From Neoechinorhynchus agilis (lineage: Eukaryota > Animalia > Acanthocephala), in NCBI GenBank assembly GCA_051530055.1, contig CM121342.1:6199489-6263488 (forward strand): a DNA stretch of 64,000 nucleotides. Reading direction: 5' to 3'. Both the position numbers and the translations under genes were made by a program. This document shows, piece by piece, positions 25,301 through 37,990 of this stretch (the stretch's first letter is position 1; the number at the start of each line of letters is the position of its first letter). Below the pieces are notes generated by a model. The model did no database searches. It was not told the DNA's origin and saw only the letters and a list, made by a program, of their open reading frames with translations.

Positions 25301-28300
25301 TATTTTCTATCCAGCGGATTATGATCACCACTCATCCTCAACTTTATAATCTCGAAGGATTTTCTCTCTTGATGATTTTGTTTAAATTCATGATGTGGTA
25401 ATCTTAATCCCCAAAATAGAAAATATCCCATTGAATCGAAAGATTTCGTGAAGAATAATCGCTTCGCCCGTCATTGTTTGTTGTGTTTTTTTGACGGAAA
25501 ACCCTACAAACAATGACTCTGATCAGGAGAAGCTCCAAAGCGAAATCTCCCAATAAAATATTTTCTATCCTGCGGATTATGATCACCACATATCCTCAAC
25601 TTTATAATCTCGAAGGATTTTCTCGCTTGATTATTTCTTTGTGTTTAAGGATGCGGCAATCTTAATCCCCAGAATAGAAAATATTTTATCGAATAGAGAA
25701 ATTTCGTGAAGAATAATCACTTCATCCGTCATTGTTTGTTGTGTTTTTTGACGGAAAAGCCTACAAACAATGACTCTGATCCAAGAGAAGCTTCAACGCG
25801 AAATCTCTCAATAAAATATTTTCTATCCTGCGGATTATGATCACCACTCATGCTCAACTATTTGCCGTCTCGAAGGATTTTCTTGCTTGATGATTTCGTC
25901 TAAATTCGTCTTGGTAATCTTAATCCCAGGATAGAAAATATTTTATTGAATAGAGAGACTTCGTGAAGAATAATCGCTTCATCCTTCTTGTTTGTTGGGT
26001 TTTTTGACGGAAAATCCTACAAACAATGACTCTGATCAGGAGAAGCTACAACGCGAAATCTCTCAATAAAATATTTTCTATCCAGCGGATTATGATCACC
26101 ACTCATCCTCAACTTTATAATCTCGAAGGATTTTCTCTCTTGATTATTTCGTCTAAATTCACGATGTGGTAATCTTAATCCCCAAAATAGAAAATATTTT
26201 ATTGAATAGAGAGACTTCGTGAAGAATAATCGCTTAATCCGTCATTGTTTGTTGTGTTTTTTGACGGAAAAGCCTACAAACAATGACTCTGATCAAGAGA
26301 AGCTTCAACGCGAAATCTCTCAATAAAATATTTTCTATCCTGCGGATTATGATCACCACACATCCTCAACTTTATAATCTCGAAGGATTTTCTCGCTTGA
26401 TTATTTCTTTGTGTTTAAGGATGCGGCAATCTTAATCCCCAGGATAGAAAATATTTTATTGAATAGAGAGATTTCGTTAAGAATAATCGCTTCATCCGTC
26501 ATTGTTTGTTGTGTTTTTTGACGGAAAAGCCTACAAACAATGACTACGATCAAGAGAAGCTCCAACGCGAAATCTCTCAATAAAATATTTTCTATCCTGC
26601 GGATTATGATCACCACTCATCCTCAACTTTATAATCTCGAAGGATTTTCTCTCTTGATGATTTCGTCTAAATTCACGATGTGGTAATCTTAATCCCAGGA
26701 TAGAAAATATTTTATTGAATAGAGAGACTTCGTGAAGAATAATCGCTTAATCCGTCATTGTTTGTTGTGTTTTTTGACGGAAAAGCCTACAAACAATGAC
26801 TCTGATCAGGAGAAGCTACAACGCGAAATCTCTCAATAAAATATTTTCTTTCCTGCGGATTATGATCACCACTCATCCTCAACTTTATAATCTCGAAGGA
26901 TTTTCTCTCTTGATGATTTCTTTGTGTTTAAGGATGCGGCAATCTTAATCCCAGGAAAAAAACTATTTTTATTGAATAGAGATTTCGTGAAGAATAATCG
27001 CTTCATCCGTCATTGTTTGTTGTTTTTTGACGGAAAATCCTACAAACAATTACTCTGATCAGGAGAAGCTACAACGCGAAATCTCTCAATAAAATATTTT
27101 CTATCCAACGGATTATGATCACCACTCATCCTCAACTTTAAAATCTCGAAGGATTTTCTCTCTTGATGATTTCGCCTTAATTCACAATGTGGTAATCTTA
27201 ATCCCCAGAATAGAAAATATTTTATTGAATAGAGAGACTTCGTGAAGAATAATCGCTTCATCCGTCATTGTTTGTTGTGTTTTTTGACGGAAAAGCCAAC
27301 AAGCAATGACTCTGATCAGGAGAAGCTACAACGCGAAATCTCTCAATAAAATATTTTCTATCCAGCGGATTGTGATCACCACTCATCCTCAACTTTATAA
27401 TCTCGAAGGATTTTCTCTCTTGATGATTTCGTCTAAATTCACGATGTGGTAATCTTAATCCCAGGATAGAAAATATTTATTGAGAGATTTCGCCGTGAAG
27501 AATAATCGCTTAATCCGTCATTGTTTGTTGTGTTTTTTGACGGAAAAGCCTACAAACAATAACTCCGATCAAGAGAAGCTCCAACGCGAAATCTCTCAAT
27601 AAAATATTTTCTATCCTGCGGATTATGATCACCACTCATCTCCAATTCTATCATCCCGAAGGATTTTCTCTCTTGATGATTTCGTCTAAATTCACGATGT
27701 GGTAATCTTAATCCCAGGATAGAAAACATCTTATTGAATCGAGAGATTTCGTGAAGAATAATCGCTTCATCCGTCATTGTTTGTTGTGTTTTTTGACGGA
27801 AAATCCTACAAACAAAAATCCTAGGGAATGATAACATCCTCGAGAACTATCTCAATAAAAATATTTTCTATCCGGCGGATTGTGATCACCACTCATCCTC
27901 AACTTTATAATCTCGAAGGATTTTTTCTCTTGATGATTTCGTCTAAATTCACGATGTGGTAATCTTAATCCCCAGAATAGAAAATATTTTATTGAATAGA
28001 GAGATTTCGTGAAGAATAATCGCTTCGCCCGTCATTGTTTGTTGTGTTTTTTGACGGAAAATCCTACAAACAATGACTCTGATCAGGAGAAGCTACAACG
28101 CGAAATCTCTCAATAAAATATTTTCTATCCAGCGGATTATGATCACCACTCATCCTCAACTTTATAATCTCCAAGGATTTTCTCTCTTGGTTATCAATAT
28201 TAATTTTGGATGTGGTAATCTTAATCCCCAAAATAGAAAATATTTTATTGAATAGAGAGATTTCATGAAGAATAATCGCTTAATCCGTCATTGTTTGTTG

Positions 28301-29460
28301 TGTTTTTTGACGGAAAAGCCTACAAACAATGACTCCTGATCAAGAGAAGCTTCAACGCGAAATCTCTCAATAAAATATTTTCTATCCCTTATCACCACTC
28401 ATCCTCAACATTATAATCTCGAAGGATTTTCTCTCTTGATGATTTCGTCTAAATTCACCATGTGGTAATCTTAATCCCCAGAATAGAAAATATTTTATTG
28501 AATAGAGAGATTTCGTGAAGAATAATCGCTTCGCCCTTCATTGTTTGTTGTGTTTTTTGACGGAAAAGCCTACAATCAATGACTCTGATCAAGAGAAGCT
28601 CCAACGCGAAATCTCTCAATAAAATATTTTCTATCCTGCGGATTATGATCACCACTCATCCTCAACTTTATAATCTCGAAGGATTTTCTCTCTTGATGAT
28701 TTCGTCTAAATTCACCATGTGGTAATCTTAATCCCCAGAATAGAAAATATTTTATTGAATAGAGAGATTTCGTGAAGAATAATCGCTTCGCCCTTCATTG
28801 TTTGTTGTGTTTTTTGACGGAAAAGCCTACAATCAATGACTCTGATCAAGAGAAGCTCCAACGCGAAATCTCTCAATAAAATATTTTCTATCCTGCGGAT
28901 TATGATCACCACTCATCCTCAACTTTATAATCTTGAAGGATTTTCTCTCTTGATGATTTCGTCTAAATTTACGATGTGGTAATCTTAATCCCAGGATAGA
29001 AAATATTTTATTGAATAGAGAGACTTCGTGAAGAATAATCGCTTCATCCTTCATTGTTTGTTGTGTTTTTTGACGGAAAAGCCTACAAACAATGACTCTG
29101 ATCAAGAGAAGCTTCAACGCGAAATCTCTCAATAAAATATTTTCCATCCAGCGGATTATGATCACCACTCATGCTCAACTTTATAATCTCGAAGGATTTT
29201 CTCTCTTGATGATTTCGTCTAAATTCACGATGTGGTAATCTTAATCCCAGGATAGAAAATATTTTATTGAATAGAGAGATTTCGTGAAGAATAATCGCTT
29301 CGCCCGTCATTGTTTGTTTGGTTTTTTTGACGGAAAAGCCTACAAACAATGACTCTGATCAAGAGAAGCTTCAACGCGAAATCTCTCAATAAAATATTTT
29401 CTATCCTGCGGATTATGATCACCACACATCTCCAACTCTACCATTCCAAACAATTTTCTC
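22310..29460. repeat. Satellite array B, same ~257-bp family and orientation as array A, ~28 copies, more diverged
   Basis: Same unit as 13150-17190, with more substitutions and indels per copy. Confidence 0.97.
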
Positions 29461-29527
29461 TGTTGATGATTTTTTTCAAATTCAGGTATTCCACCAGAAG
29501 TGAATTATTCTTCATATTTATTTCAGA

Positions 29528-30656
29528 ATGGATGGTGATGGGGATTTTAAGGAATTAGTTAATGATCTTCGTTCGGTAACGCAAATGACATCTTCGACTC
29601 TGCAAAGTCTCGTATCGATAGCATCGATGGTAACCAAGGATCATAAACAGAACGTTCAGATACAACCAAATTTCTTAGAAGTAAAGAAAAAATGTGATAT
29701 AGTTCCAAAGGCCATTGAAGACGCCGTTTATAAATATGATGCCATTAAGGAATCGATATCGCAACAAAAGGCGGATGGCCATGCCGTAGATCAATCTTTT
29801 GATAGTTTTGAATCGGCAGTTCTTTTAAACAAGTTCCATTTTGAGTTTTAAAACTCGTAGACGTTTGCAAAAGGCAGTAGCCTTTCCTCAGGATTGAGCT
29901 ATATTTTTTTCTATTTTTATCTAAACATTTAATTACAATGTCTTAGATTATTTTCTTAGTCATGCCGCCGATATTTCTTCATATTAAAAAATTTGCAAGC
30001 AATGACAAACCTTGAGAAATGTCGGAATTCCCGGAGACGTGAAATATTGGTAATAAATTAGTGAACAATAATCCTGGAAGTGTGGCAATTCCGCAGACGT
30101 TATTGTTTAAAAGAATCCAAAAAGAGAACTGAATTTTATTTTTAAACTCGATCATAATGGTTTAAACGTTGAATGTTTTGTTTGTGGTCTATACTATCAA
30201 AGGATTGGCATAGTAAAGCTATTAAAAGACAAACGAGCTGAATTGATAAAAATTGAAGTCGAAATGCAAGAATTGTCTGATTCACTTGAACGAGAAAAGC
30301 GAAGAAAATCATCACTTTCTGAAGATGTTCGGTTATCACATTCACTTTTAGATGGTGTCCGTAACGCCATTTCGGATTCGTGTACAAAAACCTTTTCGGG
30401 CGCTTGTACTAGAAATTCATTTGTTCAGACCGACGAGATAAGACTTGGCGGACTTGAGATTAACGTTAGAGACGAACTGCAGTCCATTGAACGAAAATTA
30501 GAGGATGTAAGAAAAGAAATTAGAGAAGATGAGCGAATTGCAAAATGTCACATCGCACAATTAGTCGAACTTATAAATGAAAAGAATGATGAAGTTACAA
30601 GAAAGGAATTCGGAGCCGATAAGTACAAATACGTCTTTGAGTATCTGTTCAGATGA
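29528..30656 (+). CDS. Hypothetical multi-exon coiled-coil protein (exon structure unresolved)
   Basis: tttatttcag acceptor 1 nt before ATG 29528; coding-like segments 29528-~29818 and ~30243-30656 rich in E/K/L heptads. Confidence 0.45.
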
Positions 30657-30874
30657 ATTCGATTTTATTAGCGAATGAAATTTTGTATGATTTTGTGTTT
30701 CAAAAATAAACCAAACAAATACGAATTCAATGTGTTTGTGAAACAATTTCTTTTATTTAATTCTAATGATCTGATTTGGCAAAAAAATGCAGTGTGGTTC
30801 TTAAATGAAATTACCATGGCAACATACACCGGATAAATTGCAAATTCCTATTAAATTCTTGGATTGAAATTGTG

Positions 30875-31777
30875 ATGGGATCTTGCACCTCTCGGCAAAA
30901 ACACAGTGATTTGATTGATAGTCGTATAAAGAAGCTACCATCTAAGATAAAACCATTTATAATTCCAATTTGGAGAGACCAGGATATTCTTGAACTAGTT
31001 TTAGAGCTCAAATGTCCAATTGTTGTATTTTACAGCGGTCCTCGTTTTAACAACCGGGAAGTCGAAAGGCACATTCGATATTATCAAGATAAATACGTAT
31101 TTAGCGCTTATCGGTCGTTTGAATCGAATCCACCGAGTTTAATCATGGCGAACGAATCAATTCCTTGCGTTGTTTTGTACGCTAATTGGATTTCAACGAA
31201 CGACCGTCGAAGTGCTGTTCGTTTAGAAAAAGATAATCGGGCAAACATTGATCTTTTGGACTCGATGTTTGGACTCTTTGAAGCTTTTGAGTTTCCTGAT
31301 TGGTGGACTGTTACGGATGAAGAAAACGCCGATTACCGGATTCCTGATAGAAATTGCTGCCTTGTCATTGAAACACTTAAGCCGCTTTCTTTTATTAGCC
31401 AAATGATATGCAATCAACTTTGCTCGTTTCGCGGTCATTTACACATCATTTTAATTCAAACTCAGAGATCTTTTCCGGCTGAAACCTTGTGTCGATTCTA
31501 TGAAAACGGCAGGAAAATCAAAGAACAGGAACCGAACATGGATTTCAATCGCTTTATTGATTTGATCAAAGAATACATGACGATTAAGTTAACGCCTCCT
31601 AAATCTATAGATTCAGAAAGGCAACGATCAAATCGAATAGAAATCGATCGTAATTATGCTTTTATTGAAGTATCGGACAAACCTGGAGATGCAGAAACGT
31701 TCCATGGAATCTATGTAACACCAAGAGGAATCGGTGTTATGCGTGATAAAATAAGAGGAACATTTGCTTTAAAGTGA
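30875..31777 (+). CDS. Intronless hypothetical protein (300 aa) with N-terminal MGSCTS acylation-type motif
   Basis: Long uninterrupted ORF in AT-rich DNA; ATG at 30875. Confidence 0.65.
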   Translation: MGSCTSRQKHSDLIDSRIKKLPSKIKPFIIPIWRDQDILELVLELKCPIVVFYSGPRFNNREVERHIRYYQDKYVFSAYRSFESNPPSLIMANESIPCVVLYANWISTNDRRSAVRLEKDNRANIDLLDSMFGLFEAFEFPDWWTVTDEENADYRIPDRNCCLVIETLKPLSFISQMICNQLCSFRGHLHIILIQTQRSFPAETLCRFYENGRKIKEQEPNMDFNRFIDLIKEYMTIKLTPPKSIDSERQRSNRIEIDRNYAFIEVSDKPGDAETFHGIYVTPRGIGVMRDKIRGTFALK

Positions 31778-32020
31778 TTTTCTTGATGATGAGATTAAAA
31801 GAAAGCTATAATGCTTAGAAGTTTTTAATTATTCGCCAAAATCTAGTTGGACTCATCAACTTATGGATGCATTATTTTCACATCTAATAAAAGATTTAGT
31901 TCGTCGAAGCTTTCAAATCTCCCAGAGCGCAATTTTTAACAAAAACTTTATGTTCGATTTTAGAAATTTAATTTGAAATATAGATATTTTATTGAGATAT
32001 TTCCGGAGCATTTCGACAAC

Positions 32021-32206
32021 CAATCAATCTTCATTTCTCGACAATTAACACACTCACCACCTCCCGCCGAATTCCAGCTTTTGTCCTTCCTCGACCGTCG
32101 CCATCACGCTGGCAGCATTGCCTCGTTGTACTGCCAGCGAGATATTTTGTCGAAGGAATACGCCTGCTCTTGAGTCTTCGGTTGCCTCTCTCAATTTCTT
32201 CGAGAG
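32021..32206 (-). mobile_element. Second 5'-truncated CRE-like non-LTR retrotransposon 3' end
   Basis: Minus strand LSKKLREATEDSRAGVFLRQNISLAVQRGNAASVMATVEEGQKLEFGGRW* (stop 32054-32056); near-identical to 12640-12807 except for an 18-nt segment missing from the first copy. Confidence 0.8.
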
Positions 32207-32973
32207 GAAACAGCCCATTTAGCCACAATCCTAAAATGTTAAGTTTCATAAACCTGTTTTAATATCGCATCTTTCGCACTTCTTTAATATACACTTCTTA
32301 AATATCTCACAGTTTTAAACAAAAGTAAAGCAGACTAAATGACGACCGATTTCCGGCCAAGCAATCCGATCTCAATAAAACGCGACCAGCTTAGGGTCCT
32401 TTTATTATTGAAAGCAACCACTCAGGAACAGTTCTTGAATTCGAGGCAACCAACGATGATGACGACCTTTTGGTGACTATATTTATTTAAAATTTAAATC
32501 CTTTTTTTGGTCGAAAAGGGCCCGATAAAAGTTCTCGATCAATTTTTTTAATTGATACTTCATCGACGCATAAGACAGCGATAAGCGGGACAATCTTTGT
32601 AAAGTAGCAATCGGACCCTTTATTTTATGGATATTGATTCAATTGGATTTATTTTAGCAGGGTTGGAATAATTTTACTCGCAGCAATCGGAGAATCAATG
32701 ATTTAAAAAGGCAATTATGGATCCTCGAAGCAATGAAATATAAAAATGTTCCCATCAGAACTTTGAGCGTTTGTTTAGAAAGCAAAATTTAGTTGACTTT
32801 TCGTAAGCAAAGACCTTTAAAAGCAAACTTTTTGATGGTCTTAATCTGCACAAAAATTTAAAATCACAATCGATCGACGTGATACTTGATTTCCCAAATA
32901 AACTTTTATGAATAATTTAGGTTTATTTCTAAGCATCTATTAACTAATAAATAACGCATCCGCTACCCTTCTA

Positions 32974-33402
32974 CTAATTATCCAATGGCTTCGATTCATT
33001 GAATACATCACATTTCGAATAAATATTTTCGCCGCCGGAACGTCCATACTTGTAATATCGAGCAAAAGGTTCTCTTACAACGGTGCAATTTAGTTCAAAC
33101 GGTGTAAATTCATCGGTTTGATGCGTTTTTGGTTGAGTTCGATAAACCCAAGGTTGATGAGTAGACTTTGCTGTGACATTCAATTTTTTAGAATTCTCAG
33201 GTTGAAGGTTTTTGCGGCTTTGCGGAATCTTTCCTTCCGTTGTTCGATTGATTGAACGAGATGGCGATTTCGTTGAAGGCTGCGATTTCTTTATGACTGG
33301 AGAACTGGTTGTGTTTTTCGAATTCGATAGATGTCCTCTTGATTTAACGAGCCAGATCGTTAGAATAAAGAAAAGAATAAATAGTCGGTTCATTTCTCGC
33401 AT
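32974..33402 (-). CDS. Hypothetical secreted protein (signal peptide, S/T/K-rich linker, Cys-containing C-terminus)
   Basis: MNRLFILFFILTIWLVKS hydrophobic leader; several N-x-S/T sequons; may continue in further exons. Confidence 0.5.
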   Translation of the reverse strand: MREMNRLFILFFILTIWLVKSRGHLSNSKNTTSSPVIKKSQPSTKSPSRSINRTTEGKIPQSRKNLQPENSKKLNVTAKSTHQPWVYRTQPKTHQTDEFTPFELNCTVVREPFARYYKYGRSGGENIYSKCDVFNESKPLDN

Positions 33403-33787
33403 AATATGTATAATACCGATCAATCATATGAAATTTGGACGAAGTCAATGTGATCTATCAACACGTAAATATTTTAGCTCAAAAATTTCACGATGTTTGT
33501 ACACAAAAGTGTTTGCTACTCTGAATTGATTGCTTTTTTTTCTAGGTATTTGATGAAACAAAGGTTCTTTGTTAATTAACAAACAAATGTGTTATTATTA
33601 TATTATAAGCCAAACATTTCATAGACTCACAACTTTTTCAATGAGCAATTTTGCATTTTGAATGCTATTGTTTACTTTGCTATTAAACACCTTTTATTTT
33701 TGATCTATTGATTAGAAGTCTTCAACCGCGGTAAATAATATTTTCTCGATTAAAAACGTTGTAGGGTTCATCATCAGTTTGTTAATC

Positions 33788-35210
33788 GGATATTTAATTT
33801 TATTCGAATTTGAACAAGAAAATTAATATTCATTCCAAAACTTCGTTTAATAGACATAGAAAATAACCTAAAGGATAGCGTTTGGATATATTCATTTCTT
33901 CGAAGTTCCTGTGAAGCAATTATAAGTGATTTTTAGTAAAATAAAAAAAGTAGGTAAAATACAAACTATTCAAAATGTCGATATGTGAGGAACTGGGGAA
34001 TGTGATTGGAATTATTGTCTAGAAGTCTACATCCGCGATAAATAACATTTTTTTCGATTAAAGTCGTTTCGAACTTCGTTGGATTCATCATCGGTTTGTT
34101 ACTAATGGACGCTATCGGATATTTAATTTTATTCGAATTTGAACAAGAAAATTAATATTCATTCAAAAACTTCGTTTAATAGACATAGAAAATAACCTAA
34201 AGGATAGCGTTTGGATATATTCATTTCTTCGAAGTTCCTGTGAAGCAATTATAAGTGATTTTTAGTAAAATAAAAAAAGTAGGTAAAATACAAACTATTC
34301 AAAATGTCGATATGTGAGGAACTGGGGAATGTGATTGGAATTATTGTCTAGAAGTCTACATCCGCGATAAATAACATTTTTTCGATTAAAGTCGTTTCGA
34401 ACTTCGTTGGATTCATCATCGGTTTGTTACTAATGGACGCTCGGATATTTAATTTTATTCAATTTGAACAAGAAAATTAATATTCATTCAAAACTTCGTT
34501 TAATAGACATAGAAAATAACCTAAAGGTACGTTTGGATATATTCATTTCTTCGAAGTTCCTGTGAAGCAATTATAAGTGATTTTTAGTAAAATAAAAAAA
34601 GTAGGTAAAATACAAACTATTCAAAATGTCGATATGTGAGGAACTGGGGAATGTGATTGGAATTATTGTCTAGAAGTCTACATCCGCGATAAATAACATT
34701 TTTTTCGATTAAAGTCGTTTCGAACTTCGTTGGATTCATCATCGGTTTGTTACTAATGGACGCTCGGATATTTAATTTTATTCGAATTTGAACAAGAAAA
34801 TTAATATTCATTCAAACTTCGTTTAATAGACATGAAAATAACCTAAGGATCGTTGGATTATTCATTTTTCGAGTTCCTGTGAGCAATTTAGTGATTTTTA
34901 GTAAAATAAAAAAAGTAGTAAAAACTATTAAAATGTCGATATTGAGGAACTGGGGAATTATTGTCTAGAAGTCTCATCCGCATAAATAATTTTTTCGATT
35001 AAAGTCGTTTCGAACTTCGTTGGATTCATCATCGGTTTGTTACTAATGGACGCTGCGGATATTTAATTTTATTCGAATTTGAACAAGAAAATTAATATTC
35101 ATTCAAAAACTTCGTTTAATAGACATAGAAAATAACCTAAAGGATAGCGTTTGGATATATTCATTTCTTCGAAGTTCCTGTGAAGCAATTATAAGTGATT
35201 TTTAGTAAAA
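33788..35210. repeat. Tandem array, ~328-bp unit, ~4.5 copies
   Basis: ggatatttaattttattcgaatttgaacaag at ~33788, 34117, 34443, 34766, 35057; fourth copy has many single-base deletions. Confidence 0.93.
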
Positions 35211-35687
35211 TACGAACGTTTTAGATTTAATTAGAAATTCCAGCCTAATGTTGCTAAAAAAGTAAGGAGTTAAGATTCGATGTTACATTATTAAAAACAA
35301 AATGTTTTTCGATAGGACATAAGAAACGAAGAACATATCTTAAATAAGCCATTGAAAGCGTTATTGCACAACTAAGCTACAAATTGATTCACTCTGAAAA
35401 GTAGTTTTTAAATGTTTAAAAGTTTTCATTACGAAGAACAAAGTGATTGTTTCATCAAAATCTAGTCTTCTTTAAAAATAAAAAACTACTAAATTGATTG
35501 TTTCCATTGTTTGTACGTCTACGACTGCTCGCAGCCAATTCATAATATTCAAGGATTAATTCTAAAATATTAAGGAGCATTCATAGAAAATGCTGACAAC
35601 TCAAAGTTCATCGTTCAAGTGCTGTTGCTACAGAAACACTACTTACCAACATGGTCATTAAAAAGTCTTGGTGATTAAAGGAAGTTG

Positions 35688-37157
35688 ATGAAAATAGAGG
35701 AAACGGAATTTCGCCAATCAATTGAGGAGTCATACGATGAAATGATCGAAAGATTAAACAGTCTCAAATTCGAAATTAATCGTGGTCACCAAGAGATATT
35801 AGAACGCTTCAGAGATCTTCATGTTGAACCATCAGATAAACAAGATTATTTCGATGCATTGAGACTTGCAAATACGACTACTGGGCATATTCTAAGGATA
35901 TTTGAAGGAAATGGAGAGTTATATGGAAGGGAATGTAGAATAAGCGAGGAAGTGTGTATTGAACTATTCGTAAAAACTGAATTGATGAGCAATGAAAACA
36001 CGAGAGTGATTGTTTCAAAAGTACTTGAAGATGTAATGGATCTTAAAAAGGACAATGAAGAAATGATCCCATTACCTTCACTTAATTTGGATTTCTTCAA
36101 TTTTTACAATGTCATCCAAGGTGTCGCAGTTTATGCCAAAATTCCAATATGGGACGTAATTAAGGCGTTGATTGGTCCAGAGAACTATAAAAGTTGTATG
36201 AGTGAAAGAAAAAATAATCTAGATATTGAATTGATGAATATTTTCCCGGATATTGGAATTAAGATTCAATCACTATTGAGTCTGAAGATGAAAAAAAGAA
36301 AAGAAAATAGTGAATCGAAAACGGAAAAGAATATCCTTAATTTATTAAAAGACAAGTTCTTACAATGGAATGAGATAAAAGAAGATTTTCCACTTGGAAT
36401 AAATCAACACATGTCGACTTATTGGATACTCGAATCTGGGATTCTGCGACATGCTTTGGATGCAATCAAAGTAGACGATATTTTCGCTTCTTTTCTAAAC
36501 CGAGAAGATCGGAGGTATCGGCAAAATCTACAGGGTTCCCTTTTAAATTTTACAGAATTCGTGGAATTCGTGGCGAAAGTGAACGAAGAATTGACCGATG
36601 TGAGTTTTAGCGAATGTATCAGTAAACTCTTGGAGGTCAAAGAAATTCAAACGTTTTATTTATACGGAACACAAAAGTCAGAGGAAAAGGTTCAACTTAA
36701 AGAAGAACCTGAAATTGTTGTTGTGGATGATGTCAAAAATATTTACAAACGAATAGAGAAAGTGGCTGAGCGAATGCGTTCGTTTTATTTAACAAACGAT
36801 CAACGTGAGCGTCTTCGAGCTCTTTTCAAGGTCTTCTCTCTTCAAGCTATCCGTCGAACTACTAAATTGCCCGGTGGACCACGACTGGAAATCGATCCTT
36901 GCACTAAATGGCTTCGACAGTGTGAAATCGTTGACGAGGAATATGATCAGAATTTTTTAGATAAAGATTTTAGGATTATAATCCAGAAAATGCATAAAAG
37001 AAATCCGGATATGAAAAGGACAAACGCGATTGACTTTGAAAGTTTTTTAGACCTTATAGAATTGATTGCAGCTAGGCGGGAAACTCGTCCTGAAGCAATT
37101 GCAAGTCTTATTTTCCATGGACCATTCGAAGGGCATTTGGAGACACTCAAAGCATGA
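35688..37157 (+). CDS. Hypothetical 489-aa protein with C-terminal p25-alpha/TPPP-like helical segments
   Basis: Long intronless ORF. KWLRQCEIVD...IDFESFLDLIELIAARR and WILESGIL..DDIF...LNFTEFVEFVAKV resemble the p25-alpha pattern (by eye only). Confidence 0.75.
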   Translation: MKIEETEFRQSIEESYDEMIERLNSLKFEINRGHQEILERFRDLHVEPSDKQDYFDALRLANTTTGHILRIFEGNGELYGRECRISEEVCIELFVKTELMSNENTRVIVSKVLEDVMDLKKDNEEMIPLPSLNLDFFNFYNVIQGVAVYAKIPIWDVIKALIGPENYKSCMSERKNNLDIELMNIFPDIGIKIQSLLSLKMKKRKENSESKTEKNILNLLKDKFLQWNEIKEDFPLGINQHMSTYWILESGILRHALDAIKVDDIFASFLNREDRRYRQNLQGSLLNFTEFVEFVAKVNEELTDVSFSECISKLLEVKEIQTFYLYGTQKSEEKVQLKEEPEIVVVDDVKNIYKRIEKVAERMRSFYLTNDQRERLRALFKVFSLQAIRRTTKLPGGPRLEIDPCTKWLRQCEIVDEEYDQNFLDKDFRIIIQKMHKRNPDMKRTNAIDFESFLDLIELIAARRETRPEAIASLIFHGPFEGHLETLKA

Positions 37158-37990
37158 GATCTAAATCGCTCACAAGTTCCTCAATTGAATTTATTAAATC
37201 TATATTAGAAGTTATTTTTAAATTAGGAAATTTAATCATCCCATGGCTCGGAATGAACGAATGAATAAAAATAAATTAAGTTGCAAAAAAGAACAATAGG
37301 AAGCATTCTTAGAAATATCAATCCTTGAATGTTTTACGATAAAAAATTCTTAAAAAGTCTAAACTCATACGCCCATAAAACGTCTCAATTTTTAAGTTCC
37401 AAACAATTTCTGCAATGGAATTCCAATAAAATATTCATCGTATCTTTAGTCAAAAATCTGAATGACAAAATCTACCGGGTCGGCTTTCTTAAAAAATCTT
37501 CTCAATTATACGAGAAATCGTTAGATGTCGGAAATTTAAGTTAGAAGCATCAATTAGACGAGATTACGTTTGATTTTAAGGACAAATAAGTTTGATGGAA
37601 TTCGAATATTACTTATCCACGTTTTAGTTCCAGCCAATCACAGTGCTTGTAGATTCTCGTTAGGACGATCATAGGTTCCGAACTACTTATACGAACGAAT
37701 TTGATTTACGTTCAAGTTAACGAAATATTATAAAGGAGTTATAAATAATAACAGGTTTTCATTACTTTGATTTCCATTGAGCGAGTGATCTTTGTTTGAA
37801 GTCAACGAAGGATTCTATAGGACGAGCGCACATATACATTAATTTTGCAGAATCTGATTGGATGCTTTTGTTTAAAAAATAATTTTGAAATTAGCGAGAC
37901 TTCGAAAAAGCAACGATATCTTTAAAACAAAAAGCATAAACTGAGTATAGATTTATTAAACAAGGTGCTACGCTATTGGCCTAACTAATT

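Noticed and set aside
13169-29349. Dozens of ORFs such as MVIIIRRIENILLRDFALKLL and MKRLFFTKSLYSIKY
   Set aside because: They are translations of the 257-bp satellite with alternative starts, variable stops and frameshifts, not genes.
12640-32206. Inverted repeat pair read as TIRs of a ~19.5-kb giant transposon carrying ICMT/GLE1
   Set aside because: The repeats are 3' ends of a non-LTR retrotransposon (coding motif plus tail), no transposase lies between them, and the enclosed genes are ordinary housekeeping genes.
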